From: Acidobacteriota bacterium
Lineage (GTDB): Bacteria > Acidobacteriota > Terriglobia > 20CM-2-55-15
Length of the DNA stretch: 64,000 nucleotides
Direction: 5' to 3'
Assembly: GCA_003223875.1 (NCBI GenBank)
Contig: QHWY01000086.1
Location: forward strand, 33,233-97,232
Shown here: piece by piece, positions 19,456 through 28,477 of the stretch
Layout: every line of letters begins with the position of its first letter
Position numbering within the stretch: the first letter of the stretch is position 1
Notes under the pieces: model-generated
Told to the model about the DNA's origin: nothing
Seen by the model: only the letters and a program-made list of their open reading frames with translations
Databases searched by the model: none
Program-made: the position numbers and the translations under genes

Positions 19456-19854
19456 TTGAAAGGAGCGTACGACATGAAGTTTCGGTTCTTCTCGATATAT
19501 GCAGGCGTTGTCGTTCTCGCGCTTTCGTTCGGAGTGCTTCCGGCTTTGGCTCATCATGGTTGGGCAGGGAATCTCGACGAAGAATTTCAAATTTCGGGAA
19601 CCGTCGAAAGCCCTGTCAGTCTTGCCGGCCCGCACGCGACGATGAAGATACGCGCTGATGGCCATATCTGGGATCTGACATTAGCGCCTCCAGCACGCAC
19701 GGCCGACGCCGGTTTGAAGGAAGGCATCATTCCGATGGGCGCGATGGTGACGATCCAGGGTCACCGCAATCGCGACCCAAAGCGTTATGAGATCAAGACG
19801 GAGCGGGTGATCTGGAACGGCCGCACCTTTAACGTCTACCCTGACCGAAAGTAA
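19456..19854 (+). CDS. Secreted OB-fold-like protein (A-domain family)
   Basis: GAAAGGAG RBS and signal peptide. ISGTVESPVSLAGPHATMKIRADGHIWDL...VTIQGHR follows the same BOF-like pattern as 17416..17808. Confidence 0.5.
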   Translation: MKGAYDMKFRFFSIYAGVVVLALSFGVLPALAHHGWAGNLDEEFQISGTVESPVSLAGPHATMKIRADGHIWDLTLAPPARTADAGLKEGIIPMGAMVTIQGHRNRDPKRYEIKTERVIWNGRTFNVYPDRK

Positions 19855-19875
19855 GGCCTCGCACGGGAGTTCCGT

Positions 19876-20361
19876 TTGTACGAATTCATGGCGTGGCTCG
19901 AGGGTTCCATGCTTGGCCACGCCATGCGGGAGTCCGGTGTGTGGACGTATGGTGTCGTTAATCTCGTCCACATTTTGGGTGTCGCTTCCCTCTTCGGTTC
20001 GGTCCTGGTGATCGATCTTCGCCTGTTGGGTTTTTGGCCAACGACTTCCCTCCCCGCCATTACCACACCAACGGTGCCCATCGCCGCAACAGGATTTACC
20101 GTGGCTGCTTCCAGCGGCATTTGTCTTCTCGCCACGAAAGCGACCGAGTACGTCGACAATCCTTTCCTCTATATCAAATTCAGCGCGATTGCTTTGGGCC
20201 TCGTGAACGTTGGCGTGCTCCATTTCACGTCTGCCTGGAAGGCACGTGGAATACGGGAACTATCACCGAAGGAACAATCGCAATTGGCAAAGATTGGCGG
20301 CATCTCTCTTTTTTGCTGGCTCACCGCGGTTACCGCAGGGCGGATGATCGGTTACTGGTAA
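19876..20361 (+). CDS. hypothetical integral membrane protein (4 predicted TM helices)
   Basis: Hydrophobic segments VVNLVHILGVASLFGSVLVIDL, TPTVPIAATGFTVAASSGICLLA, FSAIALGLVNVGVL and ISLFCWLTAVTAG. Confidence 0.45.
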   Translation: MYEFMAWLEGSMLGHAMRESGVWTYGVVNLVHILGVASLFGSVLVIDLRLLGFWPTTSLPAITTPTVPIAATGFTVAASSGICLLATKATEYVDNPFLYIKFSAIALGLVNVGVLHFTSAWKARGIRELSPKEQSQLAKIGGISLFCWLTAVTAGRMIGYW

Positions 20362-20591
20362 AGAAACAAAGAAGATGTCGCTCGCGAACATTGCTGCATG
20401 CAATTCTTAAGTTGATGGTACCGGCATTAAAACAAAGACTCGTGCTTCCAGTGTTCATGAAAGCGAATCGAAATGAAGATGTTCTCGGAGGCGCCCGCGC
20501 TGATGAGGCGCGGGCGAGGATTGAAACACTGATGACAGCGCGGTGTTTCATCGGTGACTGGGTTGATCTGTGAAATGAAATGATCCGGGCG

Positions 20592-20648
20592 GTGTAGCGC
20601 GGTACGCTACATCTTGCGGTTGATCGGGTGTAACGTGGTGCGCTACAC
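20592..20648. promoter_or_regulatory. Two tandem imperfect palindromes upstream of higB (candidate HigA operators)
   Basis: TGTAGCG-CGGTA-CGCTACA (20593..20611) and TGTAACG-TGGTG-CGCTACA (20629..20647) lie 10-65 bp upstream of the higB start. Confidence 0.4.
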
Positions 20649-20656
20649 TGGCGATC

Positions 20657-20935
20657 GTGATCAAGAGCTTCACGCACAAAGGCCTGAAGCAGTTCTTCCA
20701 GAAAAGTCAGGCGAAAGGGCTCTCCGCCGAAATGCGTCCCCGCGTCCGGCGGGTCTTGGATGCCTTGGATGCCGCCCAGTCACCGGACGAGTTAAATATT
20801 CCCGGCTTCGGGCTCCATCCGCTGAAAGGCGATCGGAAAGGCACGTGGGCCGTCCGGATCACCGGCAACTGGCGCATCACCTTCCGATTCGAGAAGACCG
20901 ACGTGACCGACGTCGATCTGGAGGACTATCACTAA
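20657..20935 (+). CDS. higB: HigB-type toxin (RelE/ParE superfamily, plasmid maintenance system killer family)
   Basis: MIKSFTHKGLKQFF...GNWRITFRFE...DYH matches the HigB_toxin family layout. 92 aa, immediately upstream of the HigA-like gene. Confidence 0.8.
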   Translation: MIKSFTHKGLKQFFQKSQAKGLSAEMRPRVRRVLDALDAAQSPDELNIPGFGLHPLKGDRKGTWAVRITGNWRITFRFEKTDVTDVDLEDYH

Positions 20936-20948
20936 AGGAGCAAGACGT

Positions 20949-21281
20949 ATGGATCAACGCGACATCGATCGGATCTTGAATGGCCGCCAGCGTCGGCCGA
21001 CCCATCCCGGCGAACTGCTGCGGGAAGAAGTACTGCCGGCCGCGAAACTCACGCAGCTCGAGCTGGCGCGGCACTTGGGCGTCTCGCGCAAAACCGTCAG
21101 TGAGATCGTGCTCGGCCAACGGCAGGTGACCGTCGATATGGCGGTGCGTCTGGGCCGATTCTTCGGCAATGGTCCCGGCCTCTGGCTGCGGATGCAGGAG
21201 GCGGTCGATTTATGGGACGCGATCGCGCGGCATCGCAAAGCCTACACCGCCATCAAACCCTTGAAAGTGAACGTGGCCTAG
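20949..21281 (+). CDS. higA: HigA-type antitoxin (XRE-family HTH)
   Basis: HPGELLREEVL...LTQLELARHLGVSRKTVSEIV is the typical HigA HTH. 110 aa. Confidence 0.8.
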   Translation: MDQRDIDRILNGRQRRPTHPGELLREEVLPAAKLTQLELARHLGVSRKTVSEIVLGQRQVTVDMAVRLGRFFGNGPGLWLRMQEAVDLWDAIARHRKAYTAIKPLKVNVA

Positions 21282-21335
21282 AATGTCCGGATTTATTTGC
21301 CATCGGTGCACAAACGCGTGTGCTAGAGTGCGCGT

Positions 21336-21533
21336 ATGATCCGACGCGCCTGGATTGTGGTCTCGGTCGTGTGGACCGGATTTTGGGTGTTTCTTTATAT
21401 CCTCGGCGCCCAAGGACTGACGGCCGCCGAGCAGCTCTCCCTGCGCGCAAATACCACGTTCATGATCGCGCTGCCCTGGATTGCCGGCGGCGTGATCATC
21501 TGGATTATCGCCGGCCGACGGAGCCGTCAGTAA
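21336..21533 (+). CDS. Small hypothetical membrane protein (2 TM)
   Basis: Two hydrophobic helices in 65 aa. Weak evidence, could be spurious. Confidence 0.25.
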   Translation: MIRRAWIVVSVVWTGFWVFLYILGAQGLTAAEQLSLRANTTFMIALPWIAGGVIIWIIAGRRSRQ

Positions 21534-21730
21534 GCGGATTTTGCTACCAAACTTACGGTCCCGGAAGACTTCACACCGTTTTGAACACCCGTTGCGCCGG
21601 TCTCGACTTTGAATTCCTGGAGCGCATCGGGGAATGGCATCGACATATAGCCATTGTCGTAGGGATTGTTGTGATAGGCGCCATCGAGCGTGAAATTCAC
21701 TCCGGTGTTCAATCCGCCGGCCACAGACAC
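21527..21730 (-). pseudogene. Remnant of a TonB-dependent receptor (plug-domain fragment)
   Basis: The 67-aa ORF NFTLDGAYHNNPYDNGYMSMPFPDALQEFKVETGATGVQNG matches the conserved plug-domain block (NxxLDG..NN......P.DAIxEFKV.T). No N-terminus or barrel follows. Confidence 0.45.
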
Positions 21731-21808
21731 GTTGCCTTTGCTGGGAATTGACCTGTCTCGCTGGGTTCGATAGGCTCTGCGGGAACGAGAAGCTTTGAGG
21801 AGGGCACC

Positions 21809-23968
21809 ATGCGATCGCTCGTTTTTGTTCCGGCACTCTCAATTATCCTTGCGTTTTTATCCCACGCAGCTCAAGCACCGGCGCCGTCGTTTACGGTAGA
21901 GCAGATTCTGGGCTTCCCTGCCCCCGAGAATCTCGTTGCCTCACCTGTTGGATCCGCCGTCGCGTGGGCATTTAATGAACGAGGTGTACGAAACGTTTAT
22001 GTAGCCGAAGGTCCCGATTTCACGGCTCGACGTGTTACGTCGTATACGGAAGATGATGGACAGGAGTTAACCCAGCTCTCGTTTTCGCGCGACGGGAAAA
22101 TGATTGTGTACGTGCGCGGCGGCGATCACGGATCGAACCGCCAGGCTGAAGCCCCGCCAAACCCTTCTCAAAACCCGGTGCAGCCACGGATTCAGATATG
22201 GTCGGTACCGGCGGCCGGTGGATCGCCGAAGCTTATTGCGGAGGGCGACAATCCGGTGGTTGCTCCGGATAGCGATCGCATTGCGTTCGTGCGTGAACGA
22301 CGGATTTGGGTCGCGCCGATCGATGGATCGAAGCAGCCTCAGCAAGCATTCTACGCCCGCGGTTCGAGCGAATCGCCATCGTGGTCGCCGGACGGAAAGA
22401 CACTCGCATTCGTCTCCAATCGTGGCGACCACAGCTTTATTGGGTTGTTTACGGGCGTGGACCGGCCGATTCGTTTTGTCGCTCCCTCCACCTCGCGGGA
22501 TTCGTTGCCGGCGTGGTCGGCCGATGGCCGCAAGATCGCCTTTCTGCGCCAGCCCGGGACCGGCGGCACACCGCGCTCTCCGCTCGCTCGGGTGGATTTA
22601 CCGTGGAAGATTGTGGTCGCCGACCTGGAATCTCTGAAAACCGTGACAGCAGTTACGAGTGGGGATATGCCGGTCGACCCCATACTTCAGAATCCCGGCG
22701 GTATCGGTCTTCGCTGGGGTGCCGACGATACGTTGCTATTCATGTCCTATCGCGATGGTTTCCCGCATCTGTATTCGCTGCAGCATCCGGGGTCGACCGG
22801 TAAACCTTTGTTGCTGACGCCGGGTCCGTTCATGGTGGAGCAGATGACGTTGACTCCTGATCGGCGCTTCGTTATCTACAGTGCGAACACGGGTTCGGAT
22901 CGTAGCGATATCGACCGCCGTCATCTTTTCAAAGTCCCGATTAACGCAGCAACGCCCACACCGCTCACAAGCGGCACCGGCATCGAGTGGGCTCCTGTTG
23001 TCACGGCCGACGGCCAGGCGATCACCTACTTGAGTTCGGGCGCTCAGCGCCCACCGGCCCCAACAGTGATCTCCATATCCGGCGGGACCCCGCGTATCAC
23101 TGCCGGCGAACGGCTGCCGGCCGATTTTCCAGCTTCGCAATTGGTGACACCGGAACTCGTCAGCTTCCGCGCCAGCGATGGAGTCGAAGCTCACGGACAA
23201 CTCTTCAAGCCGGCCGGCGGTGTCACACCCAAACCCGCCGTCGTCTACGTCCACGGCGGCGGTCCACGACAGATGATGCTGGGCTGGCACAATCGCTGGG
23301 AATATGCGAACGATTACGGAGCCAATCAATATTTGGTCAGCCGCGGCTTCATTGTGCTCTCGGTCGATTACCGGCTGAGTGTGGGATACGGACAAGCATT
23401 TCAATTTGCAGAGAATACCGGCCCGCGCGGTGCCAGTGAATATCGCGATATTCTCGCTGCGGGAAAGTATCTGCAATCACGTCCGGATGTAGATCCGAGC
23501 CGCATCGGCATTTGGGGCGCATCATTGGGTGGTTATCTGACGGCACTCGCGCTCGGGCGGAATTCCGAAGTGTTTGCCGCGGGCGTCGATATCCACGGTG
23601 TCCACGATCGTTTGCCTCCTGTGAATGCCCTGCAACTGGCGCACGCGATTGTCGGCGACGGAATTACGGAAGCGGATCTGAGGCAGGCGCTGAAGGTCGA
23701 ATACGAATCGTCTCCAATCGCCGCCGTATCGACCTGGAAATCACCTGTGCTGCTGATTCACGGAGATGATGACCGCACGGTCGACTTCCATCAGACGGTG
23801 GACCTGGAGCGCCGGCTGCTCGCGAAAGGCGTGAAGGTCGAGGAACTCGTTCTTCCCGACGACGTCCATGATTCGCTGCTTTGGCAGCACTGGAAAACGT
23901 CGATTGCGGCGATGGCGGAATTCTTCGAAAAAACGCTGAAGAGTCCCGTGCGAGCCGTCACACGGTAA
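21809..23968 (+). CDS. S9 family peptidase (prolyl oligopeptidase / dipeptidyl-peptidase-like) with N-terminal beta-propeller
   Basis: Signal peptide. TolB-like repeats in the N-terminal half. GWGASLGGYL nucleophile elbow (GxSxGG) and the C-terminal LLIHGDDDRTVDFHQT Asp/His region. Confidence 0.85.
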   Translation: MRSLVFVPALSIILAFLSHAAQAPAPSFTVEQILGFPAPENLVASPVGSAVAWAFNERGVRNVYVAEGPDFTARRVTSYTEDDGQELTQLSFSRDGKMIVYVRGGDHGSNRQAEAPPNPSQNPVQPRIQIWSVPAAGGSPKLIAEGDNPVVAPDSDRIAFVRERRIWVAPIDGSKQPQQAFYARGSSESPSWSPDGKTLAFVSNRGDHSFIGLFTGVDRPIRFVAPSTSRDSLPAWSADGRKIAFLRQPGTGGTPRSPLARVDLPWKIVVADLESLKTVTAVTSGDMPVDPILQNPGGIGLRWGADDTLLFMSYRDGFPHLYSLQHPGSTGKPLLLTPGPFMVEQMTLTPDRRFVIYSANTGSDRSDIDRRHLFKVPINAATPTPLTSGTGIEWAPVVTADGQAITYLSSGAQRPPAPTVISISGGTPRITAGERLPADFPASQLVTPELVSFRASDGVEAHGQLFKPAGGVTPKPAVVYVHGGGPRQMMLGWHNRWEYANDYGANQYLVSRGFIVLSVDYRLSVGYGQAFQFAENTGPRGASEYRDILAAGKYLQSRPDVDPSRIGIWGASLGGYLTALALGRNSEVFAAGVDIHGVHDRLPPVNALQLAHAIVGDGITEADLRQALKVEYESSPIAAVSTWKSPVLLIHGDDDRTVDFHQTVDLERRLLAKGVKVEELVLPDDVHDSLLWQHWKTSIAAMAEFFEKTLKSPVRAVTR

Positions 23969-25142
23969 AGATTTCCTGAGGGCACTTGGTAAGCCGCTCA
24001 CACCGGGCTTCCGTGACCAGGTACGTATTCTCCACGCCGACACCGCCCAGGCCGGGATAGAAAACCTTTGGCTCGACTGCCAGAACTACACCGGACTCCA
24101 GAGGCGTATCGAATTTCGGTGCGATCACCGGTGTCTCGTCGAGCTCCAAACCCACGCTATGGGCCACGAATCGGACCTGATTCTCGCCTGCGCCCATGAA
24201 ATGAGCCGCGAAGGAAGTCTTGGCCACCCGATCGAGAATATCTTGATAAATCTGGCTGGGAATGTTTCCGGGGCGGAGTCTCTCTTCGATCCACGTATTC
24301 AGTTCGATGATGTACTTATAGGTGTCCCGCATCTGCTGCGAGACAGGACCAAGCGAATACGTCCGGGACCCATCGGCGATATAACCGGCATAGCCTCCGC
24401 AGATATCGATCATGACAGGTTCGTTTCGTTTCAAGACCCTCCGGCTTCCCATTATCGAAGCAGCCGCGTAAAGTCCGCGTGTACCAACGGGCCCATCGAA
24501 TGCGTGCGGATAAGCCGCCGTCTCGCCAAACGACACCGCTCCATAATGCATCTCCATATTGAAACGCCGGACGCGCGTTATTCCTTGGTGGCCGGCCATT
24601 CGCAGGACGTATTCGATGCGGGCGGCAAGTTCAAATTCCGGCAAGCCATCGCGAAGCTGTGACGGAATATCGAGAAACATCTTATCGAGCTGTTCGGCCG
24701 CGCGCCGGATGCATTCGATTTCATAGGAGGTCTTGACCGCGCGTGCATTACGTATGGCGGACGAACCATCAACAATTTTCGATTTCGGGAAATATTTCGA
24801 TACCTGTTGATACGTCGCCACCGGCAAGACGTCCAGTTCGAATCCGAGAGTTTCGCCGGGATTCGGTATGATCCCCGGCAGTTCGGAGTACGTTTTCAGC
24901 AGAATCAGATTTTTGATGGCCGATTCCGATTTCGCTCGCTGATAGCTCTTACGAATGGCCAGCAACGGCTCGCCATCACGCGGAAACCACAACACACCCG
25001 TCTGCATGGTGCCCGTGAGGTAGTACTGATCCACGTTCTGTAGGATCACCAGCGCGTCGCAATCCATGAATCGCCGCACGCGCTGCCATCGTCGCTCGAG
25101 TTCCTCTCTAGGGATGTATTCGGGTAGTTCCATATCGGCCAT
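23958..25142 (-). CDS. M24 family metallopeptidase (Xaa-Pro aminopeptidase/creatinase-like)
   Basis: Pita-bread fold motifs: MIDICGGYAGYIADGSRTY, HSVGLELDE, and GVGVENTYLVTE near the C-terminus. Confidence 0.8.
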   Translation of the reverse strand: MADMELPEYIPREELERRWQRVRRFMDCDALVILQNVDQYYLTGTMQTGVLWFPRDGEPLLAIRKSYQRAKSESAIKNLILLKTYSELPGIIPNPGETLGFELDVLPVATYQQVSKYFPKSKIVDGSSAIRNARAVKTSYEIECIRRAAEQLDKMFLDIPSQLRDGLPEFELAARIEYVLRMAGHQGITRVRRFNMEMHYGAVSFGETAAYPHAFDGPVGTRGLYAAASIMGSRRVLKRNEPVMIDICGGYAGYIADGSRTYSLGPVSQQMRDTYKYIIELNTWIEERLRPGNIPSQIYQDILDRVAKTSFAAHFMGAGENQVRFVAHSVGLELDETPVIAPKFDTPLESGVVLAVEPKVFYPGLGGVGVENTYLVTEARCERLTKCPQEIFTV

Positions 25143-25159
25143 GATAATATACGCAGCGA

Positions 25160-25330
25160 CAATTCAACCGTACTCCGATGAGGGAAAGCGGTTCAAATCC
25201 GCTACTGCCCCGCAACTGTGAGACGACAGCTCCCCGGCGAGCCACTGCCGAATGGCGGGAAGGCGAACTTCCAATTCCGTCGTCAAGTCAGGAGACCTCC
25301 TGGAGGAATAACCTTTCGAGGGAGAGGCAC
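25160..25330 (+). promoter_or_regulatory. Cobalamin (AdoCbl) riboswitch in 5' leader of TonB-dependent receptor gene
   Basis: AGGGAAAGCGGTTCAAATCCGCTACTGCCCCGCAACTGTGAG matches the conserved GGGAA..GGTG.AAATCC..GCCCCGCAACTGT core. The B12-box GCCACTGCCGAATGGCGGGAAGGCG follows, then the RBS and start codon. Confidence 0.75.
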
Positions 25331-25331
25331 C

Positions 25332-27443
25332 ATGTTCACACCACGTGCGGCGTGGGTTTTCTACGCGATTTCATTTCTGCAGACTCTTTCCGTTCCTCTG
25401 CTCGGCCAGCAGCCTTCAAGTGTTTCAGGATGCGTCCAAGATTCCACTCGAGCATCGATTCCAGGTGCGGCAGTCATCTTGACCGGCTCTAATGGATCCG
25501 GGCGTTTTCAAACCCAAACTGATGACAAGGGATGTTTCAACGTCACTGGTCTTCGCTCAGGCAAATATCGGCTTCAGATTTTGGCCGAAGCATTCTCCGC
25601 TTATGAAAAAGACATCGTTGTGGAAGATGCGGCGAGACTGGACGACGTTGTGCTGGAAATCCATCCGATTCAGGCGGAAGTCGTCGTTACTGCGACCCGC
25701 AACCCAACGCCGGCAGATACCCTTGGTTCCAGCGTCGATGTGATCGACCGGAGCCAGATCGAAGCCTCACATATTCAAACCGCATCCGATGTGCTCAGAA
25801 ATATAGGCGGTGTCGCGGTCGTCCGCACGGGAAATACAGGAGGCATCACAACGCTTTTCAGCAGAGGCGGAAATTCGGATTACACGAAAGTCCTGGTTGA
25901 CGGCATTCCGGTGAATCAGCCCGGCGGCGCCTACGATTTCGCTCACCTGCCTACCGACAACGTCAGCACGATTGAAGTCGTGCGGGGCCCGCAGAGCGCT
26001 TTGTTTGGATCGGACGCCCTTACAGGTGTCGTGCAGATATTTACGACCCGAGGAACGGCGTCGCCTGAGGCCGAATATGCGGTTGAAGGCGGAAACTACG
26101 GAACGTTGAAAGAAGCCGCAGCGCTCCGCGGGGCGTGGAAGAGACTGGATTGGTCGAACACATTCAGCCGGCTCGATACCGACAACATCACACCGAACAA
26201 TGATTATCGAAACGCCAGTTACTTCGGCAATTTTGGATTCACACCCGATTCACGGCAAACATTTCGCGGCACGCTCTTCCACGTTTCCTCGCGAATCGGT
26301 ACTCCCGGCGTCGATGCGCCAGGTTTTACATCGTTCGGTCCGAACGATCATGCCGAGAATCTCGAGCGCGCTGCGGGCGTGACGTATACCGGGTTGATCT
26401 CATCTCGCCTAACGCAGCACCTCGCATATCGCTACTACGATCACGATTACAACTACTTCGGCGCTTTCGGCGTCTCAAACATCCAACACAAGCGTCATCG
26501 CGCCGAGTACCATGGCGACGTAGCGCTCGCTTTGCGGCGTACCTTCGCCTATGGCATCGACTTCGACCGGGAAGAGGCAAACGTCGCGGGTATGCCGCAT
26601 CTCCGTAACAACACGGGATATTACGTACAGCAGCAGGTTCGCGCATGGGATCGCCTCGACCTGATCGGAGGAATTCGAATCGAAGACAACACTACGTTCG
26701 GCGTGAGCGCTAATCCAAGATTCGGCGCCTCGCTGCGCGTGCGGCCGGACCTGAGATTGCGATTTAGCGCCGGGACGGGAATCAAGGAACCGAGCTTTAT
26801 CCAAAACTTCAGTACGAACCGGTTTTTCCTGGGAAATCCTAATCTCATTCCGGAACGGTCGAGAAGTTGGGAAGCCGGTGTCGAACAATCATTCTGGAAA
26901 AATCGGATGACGGCGGATCTCGCGTGGTTCGACAATCGATTTCGGAACCGCATCGAGCTGGATCAGTCCGATGTATTTCAGAACATCGGACGCAGTCTGG
27001 CGCGGGGGGTCGAGCTGCGTACGCGGGCGCGTGTTCGACAAGTGTTGGTGCAAGCGAACTACACCTATCTCGATGGGCGTATACAAGAGTCCACGCAGCG
27101 ATCCTATCCGTTCCGGGCGGGCGATCCGCTATTGCGGAGGCCGCGCCATTCCGGGGACGTCGCCATAACCTGGATCAGTCGAAAATGGAACGCACGATGG
27201 TCGACCGAAGCGGTCGGCCGGCGCGCGGACAGCGATTTCTTCGCGTATCAGGTGCCGCTGACGAGCAATCCCGGCTATTCCGTTTCTGACGGAGCGCTCA
27301 CGTACGAATTTACCCGCTTCGGATCGGCTTACATCCGGGTGGAAAACATCTTCGACCGTGATTATCAGGAAGTGCTCGGGTACTTGGCGCTTCGGCGAAG
27401 CTTCGTTGCGGGAACGCGAATTCGTTTGGGCCGATCCAAATGA
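25332..27443 (+). CDS. TonB-dependent receptor (BtuB-like) with N-terminal carboxypeptidase-regulatory-like domain
   Basis: Start at ATG 25332 after the riboswitch, with a signal peptide. Plug motifs (TGGITTLFSRGGNSDYTKVLVDGIPVN). C-terminal barrel ends with ...RSFVAGTRIRL. Confidence 0.8.
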   Translation: MFTPRAAWVFYAISFLQTLSVPLLGQQPSSVSGCVQDSTRASIPGAAVILTGSNGSGRFQTQTDDKGCFNVTGLRSGKYRLQILAEAFSAYEKDIVVEDAARLDDVVLEIHPIQAEVVVTATRNPTPADTLGSSVDVIDRSQIEASHIQTASDVLRNIGGVAVVRTGNTGGITTLFSRGGNSDYTKVLVDGIPVNQPGGAYDFAHLPTDNVSTIEVVRGPQSALFGSDALTGVVQIFTTRGTASPEAEYAVEGGNYGTLKEAAALRGAWKRLDWSNTFSRLDTDNITPNNDYRNASYFGNFGFTPDSRQTFRGTLFHVSSRIGTPGVDAPGFTSFGPNDHAENLERAAGVTYTGLISSRLTQHLAYRYYDHDYNYFGAFGVSNIQHKRHRAEYHGDVALALRRTFAYGIDFDREEANVAGMPHLRNNTGYYVQQQVRAWDRLDLIGGIRIEDNTTFGVSANPRFGASLRVRPDLRLRFSAGTGIKEPSFIQNFSTNRFFLGNPNLIPERSRSWEAGVEQSFWKNRMTADLAWFDNRFRNRIELDQSDVFQNIGRSLARGVELRTRARVRQVLVQANYTYLDGRIQESTQRSYPFRAGDPLLRRPRHSGDVAITWISRKWNARWSTEAVGRRADSDFFAYQVPLTSNPGYSVSDGALTYEFTRFGSAYIRVENIFDRDYQEVLGYLALRRSFVAGTRIRLGRSK

Positions 27444-27462
27444 GCGTGTGTGGTCGCCAAAC

Positions 27463-27570
27463 GGCTTTGCACAAAAAATCCTGGGCGGTCATAGACCGCC
27501 CCTACAGCTTGGGGTGCGCAACTGTAGGGGCGCTCTATGAGCGCCCGCGATGTATTTTTTGTGCAAAGCC
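27463..27570 (+). repeat. MITE family A copy 2, inserted into a MITE-B remnant
   Basis: Full-length A element. Flanked by tcgccaaac on both sides (TSD). The right-hand TSD belongs to MITE-B sequence. Confidence 0.8.
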
Positions 27571-27645
27571 TCGCCAAACTGACCACCCCGGCGCGACAGC
27601 TTCTATTAAGCTGTCGCGCCACCCCTCCTCTGCGAGGAGGGGAAT
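27571..27645. repeat. MITE family B partial copy (right half only)
   Basis: TCGCCAAACTGACCACCCCGGCGCGACAGCTTCTATTAAGCTGTCGCGCCACCCCTCCTCTGCGAGGAGGGGAAT equals the right half of the 39672..39824 copy. The left half is absent. Confidence 0.6.
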
Positions 27646-27649
27646 ATTA

Positions 27650-28477
27650 GTGGTTGTACTGGTTCTCGCGTGCTGTTCGCCGCCAAGAACTAAGCGCGAA
27701 TCTCCTGGTCCGCCGCAGCGGATCGTCTCCGTTGTTCCGACGGTCACGGAGACCTTGTTTGCGCTGGGACTGGGCGAGACCATCGTGGCCGTTGGCGATT
27801 ACGATCACTTTCCTCCTGAAGTTGAACACAAACCGAGGATTGGCGGGCTGATCAACCCCAACGTCGAGAAGATTATCGAACTTCATCCCGACTTAGTCAT
27901 TTCGTACGGCAGCCAGGACGTTCTCAGCGAACGGCTGCAATCGCTGGGAGTCCAGGTTTTTCCTTTCAGACACGGAAATGTCGAGCAAACGTTGCGTTTT
28001 ATTTTGGACTTGGGCCGAAGAGTCGGGACTGAAGATCGAGCCGAGCAGCTCGTCGCCGGTATTCGTCACTCTTTCGATGAGGTGCGCGCGGTGGCGACCG
28101 CCAACCGGCCGAAAGTTTTCCTGGTCCACGATCGTGCCGGTGGAACTCTCGGATCGTTCTACACCATCGGTTCGCGAGCTTTTCAGCACGATTTGATCGA
28201 GATCGCCGGCGGTCTGAATGTGTTCGGCGAGGTCGATGTCGAGACATTTCAACCCAGCTTGGAAGAAGTGATCCGCCGGAAACCCGACATAATCCTGGAG
28301 ACGTTGTCACCCCCAGCCGATCCTCAAGAGGTCGAGCAACGCAAGAGAGATTGGGAACGTCTGGGGCTACCCAGAGAGCGCATCTATATCGAAGAAGAAA
28401 CGTATTTGCTCGTGCCGGGACCCCGATTCGGTCTTGCAGCGCACCGCATTTCAGAAATTGTTCGCGGAATCAGATAA
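27650..28477 (+). CDS. ABC transporter periplasmic substrate-binding protein, BtuF/FepB-like (cobalamin/siderophore type)
   Basis: Start assigned downstream of the MITE (GTG about 27650). The signal/lipobox-like VVLVLACCS and IVSVVPTVTETLFALGLGETIVAVGDYDHFPPEV are typical of BtuF-family binding proteins. Directly downstream of the riboswitch-controlled receptor. Confidence 0.7.
   Translation: MVVLVLACCSPPRTKRESPGPPQRIVSVVPTVTETLFALGLGETIVAVGDYDHFPPEVEHKPRIGGLINPNVEKIIELHPDLVISYGSQDVLSERLQSLGVQVFPFRHGNVEQTLRFILDLGRRVGTEDRAEQLVAGIRHSFDEVRAVATANRPKVFLVHDRAGGTLGSFYTIGSRAFQHDLIEIAGGLNVFGEVDVETFQPSLEEVIRRKPDIILETLSPPADPQEVEQRKRDWERLGLPRERIYIEEETYLLVPGPRFGLAAHRISEIVRGIR

Noticed and set aside
20415-20573. 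Possible 52-aa small ORF and GC hairpin (GCGCCCGCGC-TGATGAG-GCGCGGGCG) downstream of the membrane-protein gene
   Set aside because: The ORF is the tail of a spurious overlapping frame. The hairpin may be a terminator, but no U-tract follows. Left unannotated.
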